A DNA stretch of 60,664 bases. Source: Thermoplasmata archaeon. Its GTDB lineage: Archaea > Thermoplasmatota > Thermoplasmata > Lutacidiplasmatales > UBA184. Below are positions 46,253 through 55,854 of the stretch, in pieces. Under the pieces are notes generated by a model. The model was given only the letters and a program-made list of their open reading frames with translations. It was not told where the DNA came from and made no database searches. Numbering within the stretch: position 1 is the stretch's first letter; each line of letters opens with the position of its first letter. A program made the translations under genes and the position numbers. The stretch spans positions 1,068 through 61,731 of the forward strand of contig JAKAYT010000005.1 in assembly GCA_021826685.1 (NCBI GenBank). Direction: 5' to 3'.

Positions 46253-48013
46253 TCAGAAGGGCGAGCGGTACCGCGGCTCGGGCGTCGCGGGGGGTCCGCG
46301 CCGGCGGCGGCGCAGGTTGTACACGATCACCAGCCCCGCTGCGGCGAGGACGAACGCGATCGTCCCGAAGATGAGCAGGCTCGTGCTAGCGGTACCGGCC
46401 GGGGGCGGCGTTGTGAGGCGCACGGCGAACGTCGTGTCGAGGAGGAGGGAGAGCGGGACCGACACGCACACGGTCCCCGGGCCCGAGAGGGCGGTCGGCA
46501 CCGAGGTCCATGCCGAGCCACTCCAGTACTCGGGGAGGGACGCGCTGTCGACTCCGGAGACCGTGAAGCAGGCCCGCGCGGTGCCTGCACCCGGAGGGCT
46601 CACGGCGACGTTGAAGTACGAGGCGTTCGCGAACGGCGTCGGGAAGGCGTCGGTCGGGGGGGCCGAGAGCACCTGGGTCACGACGAGCAAGGGCTGGGCA
46701 TCGGAGACGCCGGAGAGCGTCACGTTCAGGCGCGTGAGCAAATTGAGCGCGGCGGCGTCGCCGTTCGCGGGCACCACGGTCACGCTGGAGACGAGGCGCG
46801 CGTTCCCGGGTAGTTCCAGCACCCGGGCGTCGAGCGTGTCCGCCATCCACACGCCGAGCGTCGTCGGATCGTAGGCGACCCCGGCGGTCCCGTTCAGCGA
46901 GCCGGATCCGGCCGGACCCGAAGCGTTCGTGGCGAGGGTGGGCTGGCCGGCGACGTACGTCGCCGCCTCGCCGTCGACGATCGGCAGCCCGAACCGAACG
47001 ACGCGATTGTTCGCCGTGTCGGCGACCCAGATCGTCGACGCCGCGCCAAGGGCGATCCCGCCCGGATCGTCGAGCCCCGAAGGACCCGAGCCCGGTCCTC
47101 CCGAGTATAGGTTCGTCTGCCCGAGGACCCCGACGGCCGCCGCTCCGGATGCGCTCGGAGCCGGATAGGCGAGCACACGGTCGTTGCCCGTGTCCGCGAC
47201 GTAGACCGTCCCATTCGCGGCGACCGCAACGGAGGCCGGGCTCCGCAGGCCGGACGGCGAAGTCGCCGGTATCGAGGCCGCGAAGGTCTTCTGCCCGAGC
47301 ACGAGGCTGGCCGCCTCGTCCCCCGAGAACGGGGGCGCGAACTCTAGGAGGCGATTGTTCCCGGTGTCGGCGACCCAGAGATCGCCGTTCGGGGCGACCG
47401 CGACGCCCGAGGGATCTCGCAACTGGGTCGCCGAAGTGCCCGAGCTGTTGGCGGTCAGATTGGGCTGGCCGATCGCCCGGGTCGCGGCCATCCCGGTCCG
47501 GAACGGAGGCACGAACTCGAGGATCCGGTTGTTGCCGGCGTCCGCCACCCAAAGGTCGCCACGGGCATCGAAGGCGAGGGCGACCGGGTCGCGGAGTCCG
47601 GTTGCCCCGCCCGAGGGCGCGCCGGAGGTGAAGTTCGTCTGTCCGAGGACGAGGCGCGCGGAGATCCCCGGATAGAACGGGGGAACGAACTCCAGCACGC
47701 GGTTGTTGCACGAATCGGAGACCCAGAGGTTGCCGCTCGCATCGACCGTCGCGTCGCGGGGTCCGCACAAAGTAGCGGCCGTGGTACCGGGGCCCGTCCG
47801 GTTGAAGTTCGGCTGGCCGAGAACTACTGAGGCGTTCGGGCCGGCGGTGGTCGAGCCGGCGGGGAAGCTCGGGGAGGTCGTCGGCAAGGCCGGCGAAGGG
47901 ACGGCGGAGGAGATCCCGGTCGCGCCGAACGGAATCCCGCTGAGAAGGATCGAGAGCCCGAGGGCGGCCGCGACCCAAGCGCGGCGGCGTGCTCGGAGGC
48001 AAGATTCGCTCAT
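46253..48013 (-). CDS. Secreted NHL-repeat beta-propeller protein with a C-terminal membrane anchor
   Basis: Signal peptide, six repeats of (V/A)(L/I/A)GQ...P..V(A)....LWVAD..NNR, then a TM helix and RRRRR. Confidence 0.88.
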   Translation of the reverse strand: MSESCLRARRRAWVAAALGLSILLSGIPFGATGISSAVPSPALPTTSPSFPAGSTTAGPNASVVLGQPNFNRTGPGTTAATLCGPRDATVDASGNLWVSDSCNNRVLEFVPPFYPGISARLVLGQTNFTSGAPSGGATGLRDPVALAFDARGDLWVADAGNNRILEFVPPFRTGMAATRAIGQPNLTANSSGTSATQLRDPSGVAVAPNGDLWVADTGNNRLLEFAPPFSGDEAASLVLGQKTFAASIPATSPSGLRSPASVAVAANGTVYVADTGNDRVLAYPAPSASGAAAVGVLGQTNLYSGGPGSGPSGLDDPGGIALGAASTIWVADTANNRVVRFGLPIVDGEAATYVAGQPTLATNASGPAGSGSLNGTAGVAYDPTTLGVWMADTLDARVLELPGNARLVSSVTVVPANGDAAALNLLTRLNVTLSGVSDAQPLLVVTQVLSAPPTDAFPTPFANASYFNVAVSPPGAGTARACFTVSGVDSASLPEYWSGSAWTSVPTALSGPGTVCVSVPLSLLLDTTFAVRLTTPPPAGTASTSLLIFGTIAFVLAAAGLVIVYNLRRRRRGPPATPEPRYRSPF

Positions 48014-48069
48014 TCGAACTCTCCGCCGGCCCCAACAGGGCCGGGGTCTTTTCCCTTGTTGTCGGCGGA

Positions 48070-48453
48070 CTAGACCCGACCGCCGTGCTCGCGACCTCCA
48101 GGAGGCGGGCGCCTAGAGCCGCGGTAGGCGACCGTGCGATGGCCCACGCGGGTCCGAACGTGGGGGATCGCGCACTCGAGCGTCCCTCGAGGGATGGGCA
48201 GCTTTCGGCGGTACGCACTACCGAACACCGGCCGATGAAGTTCTTCGGCGCTCGCGCGGGCGGGCATGCCGACGCGTGCCCCGATGCCCGTCAACTCCAT
48301 GCCCCGTCTCGCGAGCGACTTCGAGATCCTTCCGGTTCCGACGCTGCTCTAGAGAGTCCACAGAATCCCGTCGCGCGCGCCTTTCCCGCGTGCAAACCGT
48401 TCGACGAGGAGTTCATCTGCCCGCTCGGGATACCACGTTTGGTGGTCGCGCAT
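48070..48453 (-). pseudogene. Degraded class I SAM methyltransferase
   Basis: One frame reads WYPERADELLVERF...GILWTL*SSVGTGRISKSLARRGMELTGIGARVGM...KLPIPRGTLECA. In-frame TAG at 48349-48351. Confidence 0.45.
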
Positions 48454-49068
48454 GAGCCTAGCGTGGGTCCCTCCCATTCCCCTCGCGCCCGGCACCGAAG
48501 GACCGGACCGATTGCGGGATCAGACCCCGGTCTACGTTCGTAGGGTGCGGCCGGGCGATACGGCACAGATCGACGACCTCGTTACCCGACTGAGTACCGA
48601 GTCGATCGAGGAGCGCTATTTCTCCCCCATTGCCCGGGAGTCCGTGATCGCCGAACTGCTCCAACCCGACGACGTGACCCACCGCCTGTCTCTCCTGCTC
48701 TATCGCGAGCTACCGGAACGCACCGAGGTACTCGGACAGGGAGAGTACACCCGGGACGGTCCTCGCTCCCCTTCCGCCGAGGTCGCCTTTCTGGTTGCCG
48801 ACGCCTATCAGGGTAGGGGAGCCGCGTCGATCCTCCTGACCCGGCTCGCACGATCCGCGCGCGACCAGGGGATCCAACGGTTCCGGGCGATCATCCTTCC
48901 GGAGAACCTGAAGATGCTGGACGTGTTCCGCGGGAGTGGGTTCCCGTGCGCGGTCGAACGGAGGACCGACCACGTGGTCGTCACCTTGGCCATCGCGGAG
49001 GAGCCGCACCCCTCCTACGCGGCCCTCGCGACTCCGCCCGCTCGCGTCGGCGCCCAGAGACCCGTTGA
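48452..49068 (+). CDS. GNAT acetyltransferase of the Pat/acyl-CoA-synthetase-associated type (3' end uncertain; the ORF reads on to 49732)
   Basis: LS.ES...RYF, AEVAFLVADAYQGRG.AS.LL..L...AR..GI.RF.A..L.EN..ML.VF..SGF. Confidence 0.75.
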
Positions 49069-49103
49069 GACAAGGATATCCCACCCGGGGATACGGCCGG
49101 ATT

Positions 49104-50081
49104 GTGCACGTACCTGCCCGCGTCCGTCGGTTCCTCACGGGCCCAAGGTCCGATCCGAGCGTCCGTCGGCGCTTCTATCGCGAGGTCGAAGGACGCTCGG
49201 CCGGGAGCCCCGAGGTCCGCGCCGCGATGCGAGCGATCGGGCGGAGAGGTTGGGCCGCCAACCTACTCTCCTTCCAGGGCCGCGACGGCCATTGGACCAC
49301 ACCCGGTTCGACTCCGGGGGAACTGTACGTTCCGAAGTACGTCGCGACGAACTGGATCGCGATCGTTCTCGCGGATCTCGGCGTCCCCGCGTCGGATCCG
49401 AGAGTCCGGAAAACGGCCCGTCTGATCATCTCCCGCTGGAGCGGCCCCCAGGGGGATCTGAGCGGTCGATCCGGAGAGATTTGCGTGACGGGCAACGCCG
49501 TGCGCACGCTGATCCGCTTCGGTTATCTCGACCATCCGGCGGTCCGTCGTTCGATCGACTGGATCGTACGAACGCAGAAGAAGGACGGGGGTTGGCACTG
49601 CTTCCCGTCCCGGGTCGGGACGCTGGACGGATGGGAAGGACTGGCCGCGCTCGCGGAGATCCCCGAGGGCCAACGGAGCGAGGCGGTGACCCGCTCGATC
49701 GAACGCGGGGCGGAGTTCTTCCTCGAGCGTAACCTCGTGCGCGAGGGCCCGGTGCCCTACGAGCCTTGGATGAGGATCCACTACCCGAACCACTACTACT
49801 ACGATATGCTCGTGGGCCTTCGGATACTGACGCGCCTCGGCTACGGGCGCGACCCTCGCCTACGGCCCGCGCTAGATTGGTTGCGAACGAAGCGTTCCCC
49901 CGACGGAACGTGGGCGCTGGATGCCGCTCATCCGGACCTCGACCCGAAAGGGGCCGGTTACTCCCTTCGCCGAATCGTGTTTCCGATGATGCTCGAGCCG
50001 CTGCACGAGCCCAGTCAATGGGCGACCGTGGAAGCGCTCAGCGTGCTCGCCCGCGCCGAAAGAGGATCGCGCCGATCGTAA
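49104..50081 (+). CDS. Prenyltransferase/squalene-cyclase-repeat (alpha/alpha barrel) protein
   Basis: QW-like repeats QGRDGHW, QKKDGGW and RSPDGTW; YVPKYVAT.W; YYYD.L.GL..L. Confidence 0.8.
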   Translation: MHVPARVRRFLTGPRSDPSVRRRFYREVEGRSAGSPEVRAAMRAIGRRGWAANLLSFQGRDGHWTTPGSTPGELYVPKYVATNWIAIVLADLGVPASDPRVRKTARLIISRWSGPQGDLSGRSGEICVTGNAVRTLIRFGYLDHPAVRRSIDWIVRTQKKDGGWHCFPSRVGTLDGWEGLAALAEIPEGQRSEAVTRSIERGAEFFLERNLVREGPVPYEPWMRIHYPNHYYYDMLVGLRILTRLGYGRDPRLRPALDWLRTKRSPDGTWALDAAHPDLDPKGAGYSLRRIVFPMMLEPLHEPSQWATVEALSVLARAERGSRRS

Positions 50082-50178
50082 GACATCCCCGGCCCGGGAT
50101 TCGTTGTCCCCGGGAGAGCGGCGGCCGCGCGAGCGGGAGGTCCAGAGCGCATGAGAAGCGGGGCCGAACGGGGAAGCG

Positions 50179-51564
50179 CTAGCCGAACAGGGGCATTCGG
50201 GAACGCTGCGTGCCGGACCGGGGGATCATCAGGACCGCCACGGCGGCCGCGACGCCGAGCACAATCATCGCAGCAAAGCCGATCGAGAGGTGGGCGTACT
50301 CGTTCGCGATGATGAGCCCGACGATCAATGGGCCGATCGCCATGCCGCCTCCGCTGCCGAGGCCGAAGACCAACGAGTTCGCGAGGCTCGCGGAGCGGGG
50401 ATCCACGTACTCGGCCGAGAGGGACATCAGCAGCGGGAACGCACTGAACGTGAAGAAGCCGGTGAGGAACAGGAAGGCGACGGCGGGCGCGCCGCCCACG
50501 AGGAGGAAGCCCAGCGTGCTCAACGCGGATCCGAGCGAGGTCACGCTGAGCAGCCGGCGGATGTCGATCCGGCTCGCCAGCGCGCCGAAGAACGGTTGGC
50601 CCAGGATTCCTCCGAGGTAGAGGATCGTCACTTCGATCCCCAGCGGCGCACCGGGCCACAAAGGTCGAACGAGCTGCAGGTACGTCGGAAGGAACGCCAC
50701 GACGCCGAAGGTGGCGGCGGAACGCACGAACGCGATGGCGGCCAAGGTGACGATGCCGAGCGTGAAGGCCTGACGGGCGGCCGGTACGCTGCGCGTGCCC
50801 GCCGCCGGTAGGTTCGCCGGTCGTCGGCCAGGCCCCGAAGACGCGACGACGGCCGAGGCCGCGATTCCGATGGCGGCGAACGCCAGCACCGCGGAGTTGT
50901 CCGTGATGATGAGCCCGATGAGGAAGAAGAGCGAGGGGTAGAGCGCACGGCCGACGCTTCCGATCGCGCCGTTGATCCCGAGTGCCGTCCCCAGTTGGCG
51001 ACGGTCGAAGCCGGCCTGCAACAGCGACGCGCCGAGGGGATGGTAGAACGAGCTCCCGAACCCCACTACAAAGGCGGCGATGATCGCGGCCGCGAACCCG
51101 GCCGAACCCGAAACCAGGACTAGGGCGACGTAGAAGCCTCCCATGCCGGCCCCGAGGATGGCCAAGCCGAGCGCCATGAGCTCCAAGGGCCGGCCCGAAC
51201 GATCCGCCCAGTGCCCGACGTAGATACCGAGCAGCGACGAGGCGGCGTAGTACACCACCAGCATCGCGGTGATCTCGAACGGGGAGGCGGCTCGCCCGCT
51301 CGCGAGGAGCGTGGCGACCACCGGCACGAAGAAGACCGTGCCGTCGTTCACGAAATGGCCGATGCTGGTCAGCACGAGGAGGCGACGACGGGCCGTCGAG
51401 AGATCCGGGGCGGGATCAGATCCGGGCGGCCCTCGGTTCGTGCCGGGCCGAACGGGGGTGTCGATGGCGTTCGCGCCGCTCGGGTCGGAGAGGTCCGGCG
51501 CTCCGACCGCGGACGGGCGCGCGCGCTCGGGGGTTCGCTCACGTTCCGCGTGTACCGAGGTCAT
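50179..51564 (-). CDS. MFS transporter (Fsr-like; start uncertain)
   Basis: LTSIGHFVND, G..ADRSGR, G.GSSFYHP, LG.NG..GSVGRA, about 12 TM helices. Confidence 0.9.
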   Translation of the reverse strand: MTSVHAERERTPERARPSAVGAPDLSDPSGANAIDTPVRPGTNRGPPGSDPAPDLSTARRRLLVLTSIGHFVNDGTVFFVPVVATLLASGRAASPFEITAMLVVYYAASSLLGIYVGHWADRSGRPLELMALGLAILGAGMGGFYVALVLVSGSAGFAAAIIAAFVVGFGSSFYHPLGASLLQAGFDRRQLGTALGINGAIGSVGRALYPSLFFLIGLIITDNSAVLAFAAIGIAASAVVASSGPGRRPANLPAAGTRSVPAARQAFTLGIVTLAAIAFVRSAATFGVVAFLPTYLQLVRPLWPGAPLGIEVTILYLGGILGQPFFGALASRIDIRRLLSVTSLGSALSTLGFLLVGGAPAVAFLFLTGFFTFSAFPLLMSLSAEYVDPRSASLANSLVFGLGSGGGMAIGPLIVGLIIANEYAHLSIGFAAMIVLGVAAAVAVLMIPRSGTQRSRMPLFG

Positions 51565-52233
51565 CGGTGCGGCGGCCGGCCCATGCGCGTCGACCCGCGA
51601 TACCCGGCCCCGGAGGCACGGACGGCGGCTCTGCGTTCCCCGAACCATCCATGAACGCGGGCCGAACGGCGAGATTCCTTCGTCCCCGGCGCTCGCTTCC
51701 TCCCGGGAGAACCGCTCTGCGCCGCCGGCCCTGCCGGTGAGCGGCTCGGCGACAACCTCCGAATCCCGGGTCATCCGGACTAGGTCCTCTCGGGTCCAGA
51801 GACGTCCGCCGTTAAGAGGCGATAGGTCGTTTTCTCGCTCTGCGGTCCGGTTCGGGGCAGGACGGAGGCCGAGGCGCGTCGACGGGCTCGGGCCAATGGT
51901 CTTTCCCGCGAAGCCGGGGGCGCTCGATCCGACCCGCGGATCGGCCCAATCCAATTCCCGGGAAGGAAAGCCTCTATCCACTCAGAGATTGTCGGATGCA
52001 CCGCGGATCTCGATCCCGGCTCTCCCGGTGAGCGCGTCGGAGCCGATGGTCCAGGTAGGGCGGAGGGCGACGTTCGCGCGCATCGTCCACCACCCCGAGA
52101 TCGGGTACGACAGGTACGAACCTGCGGGGTAGACCGGTCGAGAGCGAGAACCGGCCCACGGCAAACGTATCTTAAGCCGCCGTCCGTTCGACCCGGGCCG
52201 GCCCTCGGCTTCCTAGCGAAGAGAACCGGCCAG

Positions 52234-55200
52234 GTGTCCCGGATGGCGAGCAACACCGGCGCGTGCGGGATGGACCGGCCCGGGTTCGGAAGCTGTGGAC
52301 CCGACACGGTCGCATCGGGCTCGGAGGAGATCGCGGGACCGCCACGGCCCGCCCCCGGGAGTCGGAGCGGGCGTCGCGTCCACGTTCGCTCGATAGGGAC
52401 GGGACCCCTTGCGATCGGGGTCGTCGCGATGATCGTCCTAGTTTCCTTTCCGTTGGGTACTCTCGCTTCCACCGCTCTCGATCCACGAACTTCGGCCGGG
52501 GTTCCTACGCCGCTCGCAGCGGCCACGAGCAGCGCCGGCAATGTGATTGCGGGTTACGTCTGCCTGAATGTCGTCCCGGCGGCGAGTGCCGGTGGGTGCG
52601 GGGCCGAGCCGCCCCTGGTCAACGACACGGTCTGCCTTTCGCCGTGGTCGGACTTCTCTTCGAGTCAGCCTCTCGTCTGGCCGAACGACTCCACGCCGTG
52701 TCCCGTGGGGACTCAGACCGACTCCGCGGGCGCGTTCTCCCTCGGGTACGGAAACGAGACCGGTTCCGCGGTCCTCTGGTCGGTCAATGGGTCGACCTAC
52801 AGCGGCGCGTTCGCGTTGCTGTCGCTGGGCAACGGATCGAGGGAACAAGACCTAACCGCCAGTCCGTACGCCGCCCAGTCGACGCGGACGTACCTGCTTC
52901 CGGGGTACTCCAACCTCAGTCGATACGCGGCGAATCACAACGGTCCCTGGTCGTACTGCGCCCCGGGGGATGGGGGCATCTGCGGCGTGCAGGTGCCAAT
53001 CCTCTCGTGGACCCAAGACGGCGCGTTCTACGTCAACCGGACCGACGAGCTCGTCTTCGACTCCTTTGCCAACCAGAGCGTGACGGCGATCGCCCCCTGG
53101 CTGCCGCTGTACCAGAACCTGATGTTCTATCAGGGGACCGAGAACACCGAGTGGACGACGACCGACGGCTCCTGGATCTACACCTACGGGTGCCCGACCT
53201 CCTGCGACTCGAATTCGCCCCTCGAGTTCTATGCCGTGAACGTGACCACGGGACGCACGTTCTCCCATACGTTCGCGGGCGTTACCGAGTCGTCCGTGAA
53301 CCGGAACGGCCAGGTGCAGATGATCGGGGAGGATGGGAACCACTCCGTCGTGGTCCTGGAGGCTTCGAATGGGGGCGCGGGCGCCACGTTGTACGCCTGG
53401 AACCTGTGGAATGGCACCCAGTGGGTCTTGGGGAGCCTGCCGTATTTCGAGGCGAACAACAACTTCTGGGTCGATGCGTTGAACTCGTTCATCGACGTCG
53501 AGGCGCAGGACAGCCCGGCGGACGTGGCGAGCCAGTGGGAGCTCGTGGGACCGGCGCCCGGCACGTCGGTCGAGGAGGTGGCCAGCGTCCAGTACTACTC
53601 GGGGTACACCATCAATGGGGTCGATTGGGGCGGTTACGACGTCACCACCCACGAGGTCGCTTGGGACTCGGAATGGATGACTGTGGTCTACCAGCTTCGC
53701 TGGAGCCCCGCCGACGGCACGTTCGTCCTCGGCTCCCTTCGCGAGCGGTGGCTCCCCGTCGACCCCTCCGGCGACCAGTTGTACAACGGTCAGCCCTGGA
53801 TCCCATACCCCGTCTCCTCGGAGCACCGGAGCGAGGTCGTCGCGGGCGGTTGCGTACCGAACATGGGCGTCGCCGCGTTCGGCAACGACAGCGTCGGGGT
53901 CGATCCGTTCACGGGGACCTTCTGCGACTCGAACGTAACGTGGTGGAGCCTCGGCTTCGTGAACACGAGCGCGGGGGCGGGGTACTGGATGGGGGGACCG
54001 CCCCCCTGGTCGGTCGAGAACCAGTTCTACAACAGCTCCTATGGGATTCTCACGCTCTCCACGAACTGCCGCTCCGCGTGCTCGATCAACGGGGAAAACG
54101 AGGCTTCGCAAGGCACCGTGAAGTATGTCTATCCGACCGCGGGCCCTGAGTTCCCGTTCCCCGCCACGTCTTCCCTCGCGGAGCCGACACCCCCGGGGCC
54201 GGTGACCGGGCTCGCCGTGGAGCGCTCGACGAACCGGCTCGTTTTCTTCTGGGAACCTCCCAGCTCGGGCACGAACCCGCTCCTCAACTACACGCTGTAC
54301 TGGCGGATCGGCTCCACCCCCGGGCAGAGCGAGAACCTCCTCCCTTCGAACCACACCTTTACCCTCGCCCTGCCGGGCCTTCGCAACGCGAGCGAACTCG
54401 AATACGGCGTGCAAGCCTGGAATCTGCACGGAGGAGGGCCGGCCGCGCTCCACGAAATCCGGCTCGTGGGCACCCCGGTCGACTTCTCCGAAAGAGGGCT
54501 GCTGAACGGCACCCTTTGGGGCGTTTCCTTGGGCGGGACGACGTACACTTCCTCAAGTCCTGCGCTGTCCCTCTTCGCACTGAACGGCGCCTACCCCTAC
54601 ACGATCAGCGCGGTCTCGGGATGGCACCAGGGGACCCTCCCATACTCGGGCACGATCACGGTCAACGGAACTCCGGTGGACGAACCAACACTGGCCTTCA
54701 CCCCGGTCACGTACGAGGTGACGTTCAAGGAGAGCGGACTCCCGACGGGAACGAATTGGTCGGTGATGCTCGGGGGAGCGAAGAAGAGCTCTTCCACGAG
54801 CACCGTGACCTTCACCGAGCCGAACGGGAGCGATGCCTACACCGTTTCGGACGTACCGGGATGGCACCAGACAGCGTTAGCCTACTCCGGAGCGATCACG
54901 GTGAACGGGGCATCGGTCGCAGAGCCGACGCTGACCTTCGACCCAGAAGCGTACCCGGTCACATTCGCCGAGACGGGCCTGCCCCGGGGGATGGAGTGGT
55001 ACCTCAACCTCACCGGAGGTCCGTCGTTTCGCTCGACGACGGGCGCGATCGCATTCACCGACCCGAATGGGACGTACCGCTACGCGGTCGGGAGCGACGG
55101 GAGTTACACGGCGGCGGCCCCGGGCGGGATGCTGACGGTGGACGGGGCTCCGGTGGGGGCGTCCATACCCTTCGTTAGAACCTATGGGCTTACGTTCGTC

Positions 55201-55584
55201 CGTCCGGCCGGGACGCCGACGGCGGCGTTCTGGACGATCTACGTGAACGCGACGACGGCGTCCGCAAGTGTCTCGGAGCTCGGGAGGCACTGGCCATCGG
55301 ACATCGTCCGCAGCACTACCGCCAACACGCTGACGGTCTTCGTGCCGAATGGGACGTATGATTACGCGATCACGGTTTCTGGGATGCCCGCGTTGACGGC
55401 CCAAGGGACCGTGACCGTACGGGGATCGCCGGCCCAGGTGAATCCTCCGCCCTCGCCCTGCAGCCCGGTCTTGGGACTCTGCGCCCCCACCGGCTACGGC
55501 GTTCTCGCCGTAGTGCTGATCGGGGCACTGAGCGCGATCGGAGCCGTAGCGCTCGTTATCCGGCGGCGTCGGCCCCTACGTTAG
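52234..55584 (+). CDS. Large cell-surface glycoprotein: uncharacterised N-domain, FN3 domain, thermopsin-type Ig-like repeats, C-terminal TM (start may lie ~40-150 nt downstream)
   Basis: Signal-like segment, many NxS/T sequons, FN3 pattern PGPV.GL...FW.P....Y..YW...Y.VQA.N..G, repeats V.F.E.GLP.G..W.V.L, TM helix then RRRR. Confidence 0.88.
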   Translation: MSRMASNTGACGMDRPGFGSCGPDTVASGSEEIAGPPRPAPGSRSGRRVHVRSIGTGPLAIGVVAMIVLVSFPLGTLASTALDPRTSAGVPTPLAAATSSAGNVIAGYVCLNVVPAASAGGCGAEPPLVNDTVCLSPWSDFSSSQPLVWPNDSTPCPVGTQTDSAGAFSLGYGNETGSAVLWSVNGSTYSGAFALLSLGNGSREQDLTASPYAAQSTRTYLLPGYSNLSRYAANHNGPWSYCAPGDGGICGVQVPILSWTQDGAFYVNRTDELVFDSFANQSVTAIAPWLPLYQNLMFYQGTENTEWTTTDGSWIYTYGCPTSCDSNSPLEFYAVNVTTGRTFSHTFAGVTESSVNRNGQVQMIGEDGNHSVVVLEASNGGAGATLYAWNLWNGTQWVLGSLPYFEANNNFWVDALNSFIDVEAQDSPADVASQWELVGPAPGTSVEEVASVQYYSGYTINGVDWGGYDVTTHEVAWDSEWMTVVYQLRWSPADGTFVLGSLRERWLPVDPSGDQLYNGQPWIPYPVSSEHRSEVVAGGCVPNMGVAAFGNDSVGVDPFTGTFCDSNVTWWSLGFVNTSAGAGYWMGGPPPWSVENQFYNSSYGILTLSTNCRSACSINGENEASQGTVKYVYPTAGPEFPFPATSSLAEPTPPGPVTGLAVERSTNRLVFFWEPPSSGTNPLLNYTLYWRIGSTPGQSENLLPSNHTFTLALPGLRNASELEYGVQAWNLHGGGPAALHEIRLVGTPVDFSERGLLNGTLWGVSLGGTTYTSSSPALSLFALNGAYPYTISAVSGWHQGTLPYSGTITVNGTPVDEPTLAFTPVTYEVTFKESGLPTGTNWSVMLGGAKKSSSTSTVTFTEPNGSDAYTVSDVPGWHQTALAYSGAITVNGASVAEPTLTFDPEAYPVTFAETGLPRGMEWYLNLTGGPSFRSTTGAIAFTDPNGTYRYAVGSDGSYTAAAPGGMLTVDGAPVGASIPFVRTYGLTFVRPAGTPTAAFWTIYVNATTASASVSELGRHWPSDIVRSTTANTLTVFVPNGTYDYAITVSGMPALTAQGTVTVRGSPAQVNPPPSPCSPVLGLCAPTGYGVLAVVLIGALSAIGAVALVIRRRRPLR
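54460..55200 (+). repeat. Internal ~240-nt (~80-aa) tandem domain repeats in the surface protein
   Basis: For example cgggatggcaccag..tactc.gg..cgatcacggt.aacgg recurs at ~54618 and ~54857. Confidence 0.8.
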
Positions 55585-55854
55585 CGACCCGGACCCCCAC
55601 CGATAGACTCGGCGCCTTCTAGGACGGGCGACGGCCCGTAAGCTCCACCCGTGCCGGCGTGGCCTCGGCGGCCGTAGGAGCCGGCCGGGCCCACCCCTTC
55701 GCGGACGCCATCCTCCGAGCGGGACACTACGAACTGAAGCGCCGGAAACGTGAGCGCGGAGCCTTTCCCGCGGGCCTCTTCGGGGATCCGCGCGCTCATC
55801 ACCGTCTCGCCCAGGGGCGACGGCGGGACCCGGGTGTTCGATCGGCTGGGTCAA

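Noticed and set aside
55585-55854. Split-integrase fragment or att site beside tRNA-Arg
   Set aside because: No integrase motif, and no convincing repeat of the tRNA 3' end elsewhere in the window (only an 8-bp chance match near 42474).
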